From: an uncultured Verrucomicrobiales bacterium
Lineage (GTDB): Bacteria > Verrucomicrobiota > Verrucomicrobiia > Verrucomicrobiales > DEV007
DNA: 11,414 nt
NCBI GenBank assembly: GCA_938091905.1
Contig: CALKOM010000205.1
Span: 1-11,414, forward strand
Direction: 5' to 3'
Positions within the stretch are counted from its first letter, which is position 1. The number at the start of each line of letters is the position of its first letter. Below the pieces are notes generated by a model. It was not told the DNA's origin. It saw nothing but the letters and a program-made list of their open reading frames with translations, and did no database searches. Position numbers and translations under genes: made by a program. Shown piece by piece: positions 1-7,376 of this stretch.

Positions 1-123
1 ATTGAAAACGTCTTTGCTAGAATGGGGCGGTGGACAAGATTGGAACTCCGCCGCGAGCGTAAAGCTTCTCACTTCGAATCGTTTCTAAACCTCTGGGCTA
101 TAAGCACTTGGGTAAAAATCTGA
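1..123 (+). CDS. IS5-family transposase, C-terminal fragment (truncated by window edge)
   Basis: Frame +1 from base 1 reads IENVFARMGRWTRLELRRERKASHFESFLNLWAISTWVKI-stop (TGA 121-123). This resembles the IS5-family DDE C-terminal pattern (V/I)E..F..L..(W/F)RR(I/L)..R.(E/D)K....F..F..L..I..W. Not in the supplied ORF track. Family assignment is by recognition, not by search. Confidence 0.75.
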   Translation: MENVFARMGRWTRLELRRERKASHFESFLNLWAISTWVKI

Positions 124-142
124 ATTAATGGATTAGCCCTAA
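1..142 (+). mobile_element. Right end of a putative IS5-family insertion sequence (candidate terminal IR ~125-139, target TA/TAA 140-142)
   Basis: TTAATGGATTAGCCC|TAA follows the transposase stop directly; its reverse complement begins GGGC. IS5-family elements typically end just after the transposase stop and duplicate TA/TNA-type targets. The left IR is outside the window, so the IR is unconfirmed. Confidence 0.55.
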
Positions 143-162
143 GTAAGACTAAAGTCGGGACT

Positions 163-569
163 GTGAAGCGCAAACCCAAGAAACTTTCCCGCGAAGCCTT
201 AGGAAAGGTGGCGGATGAGGAAAGGTGGCGGATGTCTTCAAAGCCTTTTCCGAGCCCACCCGCTTGCCGCTCATCCAGGAGCTCAAGGCGGAACCTCAGA
301 GCGTCTTGGAACTAGTCGATGCGTTAGAGACTTCCCAAGCAAACGTCTCTAAGCAGCTAAGATTGCTTTACGAAGCGCAGATACTGAAGAAGTCCAAAGA
401 AGGGACGATAGTCTTCTATTGCATTGATGACGACATCGTGTTTCCACTCTGCAAACTCGTGTGCGAGAAGCTAAATCAGCAACACCGGCGGCGCCACGAG
501 GACTATTCGATCAAGGCTCAGTCCGTGCTTGGCTTCTTCGTACCAAGCAGCAAGTCGACGACTTCCTGA
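163..569 (+). pseudogene. ArsR/SmtB-family winged-helix regulator, probably disrupted (a truncated product from GTG 225 remains possible)
   Basis: ORF 225..569 has ArsR hallmarks: F(K)AFSEPTRL, SV.ELV..L..SQANVSKQL..L, K.G..V.Y, and a C-terminal LCKLVC. The likely true N-terminus starts at GTG 163 (MKRKPKKLSREALGKVAD) in another frame. The two frames are offset by a 17-bp tandem duplication at 201-234, and the 163 frame now stops at TAG 313-315. Confidence 0.75.
201..234 (+). repeat. Perfect 17-bp tandem duplication AGGAAAGGTGGCGGATG x2
   Basis: Identical copies at 201-217 and 218-234, read directly from the sequence. Confidence 0.98.
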
Positions 570-913
570 ACCTTGTCTTTGCCATAGGTATGGCCGTCTA
601 CTTTGGTGACTAGCTTTCCGTTCTTGTCCTTGGCAACAATGCCATGGGAAGCGAGTTTCGCTTTCTTGATCTCCTCAGCACTATTCCCATCCCCAACTTT
701 GATGGCTTTGAAATCAATCTTGGAACCGTCTGTCTTTTTTAGATCATTCACGATGACCGTAATCTTGGCACAAAGCACTCAGCCATCGAAGTAGTAATAA
801 GAAAGCGACGGCTTCTTCGATTGCACAGCGGCCTTTTTCTCATTCGCGCTTAGCGACGTTAGGAGAAAGATCGGCAAACACAAGAGGGCTGCAAGGAGTC
901 TAAATCGATTCAT
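518..913 (-). CDS. Putative exported thioredoxin-like selenoprotein (131 aa, Sec45 in UxxC motif)
   Basis: From ATG 913-911: MNRFRLLAALLCLPIFLLTSLSANEKKAAVQSKKPSLSYYYFDG-[TGA 781-779]-VLCAKITVIVNDLKKTDGSKIDFKAIKVGDGNSAEEIKKAKLASHGIVAKDKNGKLVTKVDGHTYGKDKVQEVVDLLLGTKKPSTD-stop. It has a signal peptide (basic N-region, hydrophobic core, SLSA cleavage), then a beta-strand, UxxC and an amphipathic helix, and a C-terminal D.NGKLV hairpin plus helix as in Trx folds. Confidence 0.8.
732..778 (-). promoter_or_regulatory. Candidate bacterial SECIS hairpin immediately 3' of the in-frame UGA
   Basis: mRNA after UGA: GUGCUUUGUGCCAAGAUUACGGUCAUCGUGAAUGAUCUAAAAAAGAC. It can fold as UACG-GUCAU-CGUG (loop starts with G, 21 nt after UGA) on AGAU/AUCU, or as GGUCAU-CGUGA-AUGAUC (loop 26 nt after UGA), with a possible lower stem GU(G)CUUU/AAAGAC. 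Folded by eye only. Confidence 0.5.
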
Positions 914-973
914 CAGCGAAGATTATGTGCTCCGTAAGAGAATTCAAAGCTCAAAACGATGCTTATGTTGCGG

Positions 974-2320
974 CTATACCTTCACGGCACCAATCTCGCC
1001 GACGCTGTCAGCAAACCTGTCGATCTTTAGCCCCATGGCCTTGGCTTGGGTGAGCCAAAGGTTAGCGAGAGGTGTCCCCTCAGGCATATTGATGTGCTGG
1101 CCCGTCTTAAACTTCCCGCCACCGGATCCAGCAACGATGATCGGTAAATCGTTGTACTGGTGGGTGGAGCCATCGCCAAGACCCGAGCCATACGTGAAAA
1201 GCGTGTTGTCTAACAGCGACGTGCCATCGGACTCCTCGATCGCATCCATCTTCTCTACCAAATAGACGTACTGCTCCATGTGGAAACGATCCACCCTCAA
1301 AAGATCATCGATCATCTTGGTCTGGTTGTGAGACATGCCGTGATGGCTTCGTGGCTTATCAAAAAGGCCATCAAACTTGTAAGGCGTGTCCCAGCGTTCA
1401 GGGCCAACCATGAACGTGGTGACGTTGGTGAGGCCGGTCTGCAGAGCCACCACCATAAGATCCCCCATTAAGCGAATAAACTCGCCACGTGGCAAATAGG
1501 CTTCGGGCGGTTCGTCAAAGCGCACTTTCGCGAGTTCGGAACGCATGTTCTCAAGCCGTTCCATCTGAGTTTCGATCGTGCGGATCGAATCGAAATACTC
1601 GTTAAATTTCTGACTATCACTGTAGCCTAGAGTCCGTTTCATAGTACGAGCATCCTCAAGGACTAGATCGGTGACATCCTGGTAGCGTTTGTTCTCCTGC
1701 GTGGAGAACAAACGGCGGTACATCTTCCGTGGATCTCGAATGGACGGTGCTAGATGGCCAGTGCCAAACCAAGAGATATTGTCGAAGTAGATCGATTCCT
1801 TGTTGTCCTTGTGGGTGTTACAACTGAACTCCAGGGTTTGGAACGGCGTGCGTGATCCGACGTGATCAGCCACAAGATGATCGAGCGTACGATCAAGTGG
1901 CCAGGCAGATCGCTCAATGGAATAAGGTTCCGCGCTGCTGAGGTAGCAACAGGCACACTGCGCGTGTACATCCGTGCCATCCTGAAACGTGCGGTCCATT
2001 CCGGTGATAAGGTTCACCTTGCGCTTCAGATCACCTAACGGTTCCATCGTAGGCGTCAACGCCTCGAGGGGTTTTGCTTCAAAGTTAGGGTTCTGCTTGC
2101 CTAGCGACGCCATGACATTCCCCAAATTGCCCTTTGGAATCACATGATCGGCTTCACCAGGAAAGAATCCGCGTCTCACCACACCGATAGGCACGTAAAA
2201 GTGAGCCATGCGCTGAGCCACGCCCTTGGCTGGAGTCGCAAGAGACAGACTTTCCATCCACGGAAGCGTCAGAGTAGCGCCGCCAAGGCCACGGAGAAAA
2301 TTTCTTCGGGTGGATCTCAT
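974..2320 (-). CDS. DUF1552 (HXXSHH) family protein, probable Tat substrate
   Basis: N-terminal TRRNFLRGLGGATLTLPWMESL twin-arginine-like leader; HHGMSHN motif; LLDNTLFTYGSGLGDGSTHQYNDLPIIVAGSGGG; C-terminal PLANLWLT...FADS.G. All are characteristic of DUF1552, and the gene lies directly downstream of a DUF1592-type gene as is usual. Confidence 0.93.
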   Translation of the reverse strand: MRSTRRNFLRGLGGATLTLPWMESLSLATPAKGVAQRMAHFYVPIGVVRRGFFPGEADHVIPKGNLGNVMASLGKQNPNFEAKPLEALTPTMEPLGDLKRKVNLITGMDRTFQDGTDVHAQCACCYLSSAEPYSIERSAWPLDRTLDHLVADHVGSRTPFQTLEFSCNTHKDNKESIYFDNISWFGTGHLAPSIRDPRKMYRRLFSTQENKRYQDVTDLVLEDARTMKRTLGYSDSQKFNEYFDSIRTIETQMERLENMRSELAKVRFDEPPEAYLPRGEFIRLMGDLMVVALQTGLTNVTTFMVGPERWDTPYKFDGLFDKPRSHHGMSHNQTKMIDDLLRVDRFHMEQYVYLVEKMDAIEESDGTSLLDNTLFTYGSGLGDGSTHQYNDLPIIVAGSGGGKFKTGQHINMPEGTPLANLWLTQAKAMGLKIDRFADSVGEIGAVKV

Positions 2321-2356
2321 AAAGGGTCAAGGATAACAGAAATCAACTAGGAATGC

Positions 2357-4384
2357 CTACTTCGTTTTTAGACTTGTTTTCGTTCGAAACGGCTTGCTGA
2401 GAACGACTTGTTTCAGAAGCGCTTGAATCCGATAGTCGTCAGCGGCTGTTCGTTCCACGATTTGGTCGAGAGCAATCTGATCGGCAGGACCGAGTTCACG
2501 GGCAAGCGCGAACGACAGCAGATGCCCAGCAAGTCCCCGCGCAAAGCGATCTTTCTCAGCGAGGATCGCATCCTTAAAGGCAATCACGTCGCCAAATGGA
2601 TGCTTTCGGAATAGGATTCCCGACATATCAACATCGCGCCCGTTCTCGTAGTTGGTTCGCCAATTGCCAATGGGATCGTAATTCTCTAGGGCAAAGCCTA
2701 AGGGATCGATCTGCTCATGACAGCCCCGGCAGTCAGCACGCTCACGATGCATGGAAAGACGTTCGCGTAGCGTGAAGAGTTCCTCTCCCTCAGGCGGTTT
2801 CTCGCCAAGAACCGGCACATTTGCTGGCGGTGGCTCTGGCGGATTGTTGAAGATCACACCAGCAACCCAGGCACCTCGAGTGATAGGCTGAGTACGCTCA
2901 GGACCAGAAGTCATGGTCATGACCGCCGCGTTCGTGATAACACCTCCACTACGACGATCCGTTACGGGCATCCGGTGGAAATTTAAGACGACTACCTGGT
3001 TGCCACCTTTCGCATCAGACTCCAGAGCAAGGTCTCCGTAGGCCTTTTGCAAGAGCGACGAGCGATACGTAAAGTCAGAATCGATGAGCTGAGTAATGGG
3101 CTGATTCTCGATCAACACTGTTTCAAAAATCAGCAATGGCTCTAGCATCATATGCATGCTATCGCGGTACTTTAAAAAGTAGAAATCAGGAAACTTTTCG
3201 CGATTCGGAGCCGACGAAATGATGCGTTCAAGCTGCAGCCACTGCGTGGGAAAACTATCGCAGAAGCGCTTTAGCTTCTGGTCCTTGAGCATGCGCGTGA
3301 ACTGAGCTTCGATCGCTTCCAGATTCGTGAGCGCTCCCGAACTTGCCACATCAAGGAGTTCTTGATCCGGAATACTTCCCCAAAGAAGGAACGAAAGCCG
3401 AGAAGCAAGTTCAAACGCATCGACTGGCTGGCTACCATCTTCCGAGGAACGCTCGTTGTATAGGTAAAGGAACTTGGGTGACGACAACACCGCAGCCGCA
3501 ACAGATTTCATGGCATCAGGAAAAGTGACACCCGCATTGAGACTTTTCATGACAAAACCAACATAGCGATCGAGTAGACTCCGTTCCGCCGGGCGCCGAA
3601 AGGCCCGCGTTAAGAAGCGTTCCATGCGCTGGCGAACATGGACATTGAGGCCCTCATCAATCTCTGGACGAGCAAAGAAACTCTTCCAAATACCGACGTT
3701 TTCCAAATTGAAATCGTCGCTCTCAACGATGGATTGCCCGAGCCTAAGAAACGATTCCATCAAGAGTGGCGAAAGCGATAGATGATCACCACGATTATCG
3801 TAACCATGCTCGGCACGAAGATCCTGCGGAAAGGGCGCCACGCCACCCAAGCGCCTCTCGATGAGTTGTGACTTGCCCAACGGACGACTGCCGACAGTAA
3901 CCATACCCGCCATTTCGCCAGTCTCCGGTTTGAAGTAATTGTTGTGCTCTCGCATCATCCGCTCGGGCAACGAGAAGACCACACCCTTCAGCTTGAAGAG
4001 ATCGACCACCGCGTTGTCATACTGAAATCGATTCATGCGCCGCATCGGCGTATGCTCACTTGAGACCATCTGTTCACGCAACGCCTTCAACTCGTTCAGC
4101 AAAGCAGCACGTTCCTCTACCCCAAGCTGCGGTTCGTCTTCGGGTGGCATCTCCTCAAAGTCGATCACGTCAATCAACGAGCCAAGCAACTCGGGTTGGC
4201 GGACCAAGGCCACAGCGCTCTCGACCTTGAGTAAATTGACCTTTCCCTTCTCCTTGCCATCCTCACCATGACACTGCACACACCGTTTCTGGAAAACAGT
4301 TAGAATACTCGATTCGACCTCAGCCTTGGCACACACGCAGCTCACGACTACACCAAAGAGGATAAGGAAGCGGCACCAGATCAT
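2357..4384 (-). CDS. Planctomycete-type c-type cytochrome protein with DUF1587/DUF1595/DUF1592/DUF1588/DUF1585 domains
   Basis: Signal peptide; N-terminal CVQCH (4282-4268) followed by MPP (PSCyt1-like); MRRMNRFQYDNAVVDL (DUF1587); FLTRAFRRP...SPKFLY (DUF1595); FELASRLSFLLWGSIPD.EL (DUF1592); TRGAWV...PP.PP...CRGCHEQIDPLGFALENYD.IG.WR (DUF1588, CxxCH 2731-2717); LLSFALAR...LLKQVVLS.PF (DUF1585). Confidence 0.93.
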   Translation of the reverse strand: MIWCRFLILFGVVVSCVCAKAEVESSILTVFQKRCVQCHGEDGKEKGKVNLLKVESAVALVRQPELLGSLIDVIDFEEMPPEDEPQLGVEERAALLNELKALREQMVSSEHTPMRRMNRFQYDNAVVDLFKLKGVVFSLPERMMREHNNYFKPETGEMAGMVTVGSRPLGKSQLIERRLGGVAPFPQDLRAEHGYDNRGDHLSLSPLLMESFLRLGQSIVESDDFNLENVGIWKSFFARPEIDEGLNVHVRQRMERFLTRAFRRPAERSLLDRYVGFVMKSLNAGVTFPDAMKSVAAAVLSSPKFLYLYNERSSEDGSQPVDAFELASRLSFLLWGSIPDQELLDVASSGALTNLEAIEAQFTRMLKDQKLKRFCDSFPTQWLQLERIISSAPNREKFPDFYFLKYRDSMHMMLEPLLIFETVLIENQPITQLIDSDFTYRSSLLQKAYGDLALESDAKGGNQVVVLNFHRMPVTDRRSGGVITNAAVMTMTSGPERTQPITRGAWVAGVIFNNPPEPPPANVPVLGEKPPEGEELFTLRERLSMHRERADCRGCHEQIDPLGFALENYDPIGNWRTNYENGRDVDMSGILFRKHPFGDVIAFKDAILAEKDRFARGLAGHLLSFALARELGPADQIALDQIVERTAADDYRIQALLKQVVLSKPFRTKTSLKTK

Positions 4385-4435
4385 AATCGCTATGATAAAC
4401 CCCGCGATTCCTGGAACAGAGCGCTGATCGTGGTC

Positions 4436-4463
4436 TTGCGCGCGTCGTCCTCGGCGCTACGCT
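4436..4463 (+). promoter_or_regulatory. Possible sigma70-type promoter of the MMPL gene
   Basis: TTGCGC (4436-4441), 16 nt, TACGCT (4458-4463), ending 9 nt before ATG 4473, with no Shine-Dalgarno between. Motif match only. Confidence 0.3.
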
Positions 4464-4472
4464 CCCATCTTC

Positions 4473-6785
4473 ATGACGCGCCACCTAATCATTGCTCTCG
4501 GGATTCTCGCGGTGTTTCTTGGAGTGCTGCGGGTGCGTCTCGATGTCGATGTCCTTGCTCTACTCCCGCGCCAGATGAAAGAAGTGCAGGGCTTACAGCT
4601 CTTCCTAGACCATTTTTCGAAACGCGAGGAACTTATAGTGACCCTGGAAGGCTCGGATCCTGATGCGCTCGCCGCCCATCATGAAAGCCTGGCGGAGCAC
4701 CTACGCGACGTTCGCCCAGAACTTGGAACGGTAGTGAGCGAAAATATGTGGATAAGCGGCTCGAGTGAGGCACTCGGTGAAATGGTCGCTTGGCTCCTTG
4801 TCAATGCTCTCCCTCCAGATGAATTCGCCCAGGCAGTGAGAGCTCTCGCTCCAAATGCCCGCAACGCCATCCTTGAGGACTCCCTGGATACCATTGCCAG
4901 TTCCATAGAGTTCGACCAAGCACTGACGCTTGCTTACGATCCGTATCAACTCGTGCATGCTCTACGCAAGAGACAGGGTCACCTAACGGAAGGCGGTGAC
5001 GCCTTTGTCTCCGATGACGGCCAATGCCGCGTGCTCTACCTCACGGCATCTCCTAACCATTCCAATGTCGTAACCTGGGTCAATGCCGTTAAACAATCCG
5101 CTCAGACTTGGCGGACGCATTTACCTGATCGCGCTAACGTGCAACTTGGCTTTACGGGTGAACCCGTCTTTCAAACAGAGATCGCAGCAAGCATGGAGCG
5201 CGACATGAAACGCTCAGGGCTTACCGCGCTCATCCTCACCTCACTTATCTTTACCCTGGCTTACCGAAGATTGCGCCCCTTACTCGTCTTGTTGGGGTCC
5301 CTAACACTCACATTCGCTTTAACGCTGGGCTTAGCAGGCTGGCTCCTACCAAACATGACGGTGATGAGCGTCGGTTTCGCCTCCATTCTAATCGGTCTAA
5401 CAGTCGACTATGGTGTCATCATTTATCAGAAAGCGATCAGTGAAACTCTTAGTCGCGAGCAGTTAAGAAAGCGCACGCAACGAAGCGTTGGCTGGGCTGC
5501 TGCCACGACCGCTGCCGCCTTTGCAGCCCTTGGCCTGAGCATCGTGCCGGGGATTGCTACCCTCGGCCAGCTGGTCGCCATTGGCATCCTAGTGGGCGCG
5601 ATTGTCATGCTTTGGCTCTTTCCATTGCTCTTGAAAGTCGGATCAACGGCACCCCGCCGAGCCATGGATTGGCCAGGCAAAGCGTGGATAGCGTTACCTG
5701 TTCTTGGCTTGCTCCTACTGCTCGCTCTTCTGCCGCTTTTCATGGGTTTACCGAAACTCGACACCTCTACGGAAGCGCTGCGGCCCCGTGATAGCCCTGC
5801 TTATGGCGCAATGGATCGGCTACAAGCGAAGCTTACCGGTGACACCTCCACTGAACTTGCCATCCTATCACTAAGACCAGATCTACAGGCCCAGTTGGAT
5901 CGCTGGGAAACCGAACTCGAGTCCCACACGGCAAACGCCCGCTTTCCTCGGGCGCTCGTGCCTGACAAAGCCCAACAAAGTGCAAATCTGGGCAGTCTTG
6001 AAGACGAGCTGCTGGATTTGCCTGCACTTAGGCAAGAAGCGAACACCGCAGGGTTCGAACCGGAAGCCATGGATCTCACCTCCTCCATTGTCACCCATTG
6101 GAAGTCCTGGCAGGACACGGGCGTTCCCCAAGCACCTTCGTCAACAGCAGCGGAGCGTCTCTGGTCACGCTTACTGACAACAGATGGGAAGCACTTGCTC
6201 ATGACACTGACGCCAAGAGAGAATCAAACAGAGGATTTCTGGCAATGGCTCGACAAACAGTCTGACAGTTTCCCCGTATCTTGGCCAAGGATCACCACTC
6301 AGCTCAACGAACGCGTGCCACAGGACCTCCGCGTCGTTGGCGTTGGACTAGCGATCGCCGTGCTGATCATGCTATCCCTTACCTTCCGCGCGTGGAAACT
6401 GATCGGCCTGTGCCTTCTCACCACGTCTCTCACTCTAGCCAGCCTATTTGGGGCCATGCGTTTGCTAGGATGGGAATGGAACTTCTTCAGTCTCGGTGCG
6501 CTCCTTCTCACCGTCGGCGCTGGTCTCGACTACAGTATTCATATCCTTCTGGAGCATCGACACACAAACGGCAATATGCAGGCCGTTCGACAAGGAGTCG
6601 TCCGTGCCCTCAGTATCTGCGCGCTCTCCACCGTTGCCGGCTTCGGCTCGATCAGCTGGGCCAGCAATCAAGGACTGGCTAGCCTCGGCCAGGTGTGCGC
6701 ATTGGCACTGACGCTGAATGCACTCGTCTCGCTCGTCGCCCTCCCATGGCTTTTAGAGCGAGGCGGACGCAGCGCAACCAGCTGA
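4473..6785 (+). CDS. MMPL/RND-superfamily lipid exporter
   Basis: 770 aa with two repeats of [1 TM + large extracytoplasmic loop + 5 TM]. Paired TM motifs GLTVDYGV and GAGLDYSIH carry the conserved Asp-Tyr. Also D.DVLALLP, FTG.PVF...IA..MERD, and GFGSISWAS..GLASLG. Confidence 0.9.
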   Translation: MTRHLIIALGILAVFLGVLRVRLDVDVLALLPRQMKEVQGLQLFLDHFSKREELIVTLEGSDPDALAAHHESLAEHLRDVRPELGTVVSENMWISGSSEALGEMVAWLLVNALPPDEFAQAVRALAPNARNAILEDSLDTIASSIEFDQALTLAYDPYQLVHALRKRQGHLTEGGDAFVSDDGQCRVLYLTASPNHSNVVTWVNAVKQSAQTWRTHLPDRANVQLGFTGEPVFQTEIAASMERDMKRSGLTALILTSLIFTLAYRRLRPLLVLLGSLTLTFALTLGLAGWLLPNMTVMSVGFASILIGLTVDYGVIIYQKAISETLSREQLRKRTQRSVGWAAATTAAAFAALGLSIVPGIATLGQLVAIGILVGAIVMLWLFPLLLKVGSTAPRRAMDWPGKAWIALPVLGLLLLLALLPLFMGLPKLDTSTEALRPRDSPAYGAMDRLQAKLTGDTSTELAILSLRPDLQAQLDRWETELESHTANARFPRALVPDKAQQSANLGSLEDELLDLPALRQEANTAGFEPEAMDLTSSIVTHWKSWQDTGVPQAPSSTAAERLWSRLLTTDGKHLLMTLTPRENQTEDFWQWLDKQSDSFPVSWPRITTQLNERVPQDLRVVGVGLAIAVLIMLSLTFRAWKLIGLCLLTTSLTLASLFGAMRLLGWEWNFFSLGALLLTVGAGLDYSIHILLEHRHTNGNMQAVRQGVVRALSICALSTVAGFGSISWASNQGLASLGQVCALALTLNALVSLVALPWLLERGGRSATS

Positions 6786-6827
6786 ATAGCACTTGCCGGG
6801 CGTCCATTTCTGGACCTAGTCGTCTCC

Positions 6828-7376
6828 ATGAACTTCAGCTCTGAACGCGTCGAACTAAAACGTGAGGTCGATGCCATCCAAATCCCTAGCGGAGACACCA
6901 TCATGTTGCCTGCTGGACTGCCGGTGATGATCACGCAGAATCTCGGTGGCACCTACACCGTCGCCACCGACTCTGGCCTCGCCCGTATCACAGCCAAAGA
7001 CGCAGACGCTCTCGGGGTCGATGAAGATGGCGAAACCAAGAGCGAGAAGATTGAAGTGGCAGACGGCGACCTCGAAGGTGCTGTTTGGGTTCAGCTAAAG
7101 AACGTCTATGATCCCGAGATTCCCGTGAACATCGTGGATCTCGGTCTCGTCTATGACTGTCATTTAAACGAAGAGGACGAGGGTACTGTCGTCTCGATCA
7201 AGATGACCCTCACCGCGCCTGGTTGTGGCATGGGCCCAACGATCGCGGCGGATGCTCAGAGCCGCATCATGACGATTGACTCGATCAAGGAAGCGCACGT
7301 CGAACTCGTCTGGGACCCGCCGTGGACTCAAGACATGATCAGCGAAGAAGGCAAGATGAAGCTCGGCCTGATCTAG
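6828..7376 (+). CDS. sufT: Fe-S cluster assembly protein SufT (long form, DUF59 domain)
   Basis: VYDPEIPVNIVDLGLVY, MTLTAPGCGMGP and VELVWDPPW..DMISEE.K..LG are DUF59 motifs. The N-terminal extension REVDAIQIPSG...ITQ.LGG.YTV...LARI...DADALG is typical of long SufT. Confidence 0.93.
   Translation: MNFSSERVELKREVDAIQIPSGDTIMLPAGLPVMITQNLGGTYTVATDSGLARITAKDADALGVDEDGETKSEKIEVADGDLEGAVWVQLKNVYDPEIPVNIVDLGLVYDCHLNEEDEGTVVSIKMTLTAPGCGMGPTIAADAQSRIMTIDSIKEAHVELVWDPPWTQDMISEEGKMKLGLI

Noticed and set aside
201..234. 17-bp direct repeat as a CRISPR remnant or IS target duplication
   Set aside because: Only two abutting copies, no spacer and no cas genes; far longer than IS5-type target duplications and not flanking the element.
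518..778. 86-aa ORF starting at GTG 778 as a stand-alone gene
   Set aside because: It has no RBS, begins immediately after an in-frame TGA, and the upstream in-frame segment encodes a signal peptide and the first half of a redox motif. It is better explained as part of 913..518.
779..781. Genome-wide TGA reassignment (Trp or Gly) as the explanation for read-through
   Set aside because: TGA ends full-length genes here (MMPL 6783-6785, large protein 7431-7429), Trp is encoded by TGG, and the long ORFs contain no other in-frame TGA.
603..4271. Short ORFs overlapping the selenoprotein, DUF1552 and DUF1592 genes (e.g. 603..794, 927..1265, 1750..1980, 2144..2350, 4035..4271)
   Set aside because: Antisense or off-frame shadows of well-supported genes, with no recognisable motifs.
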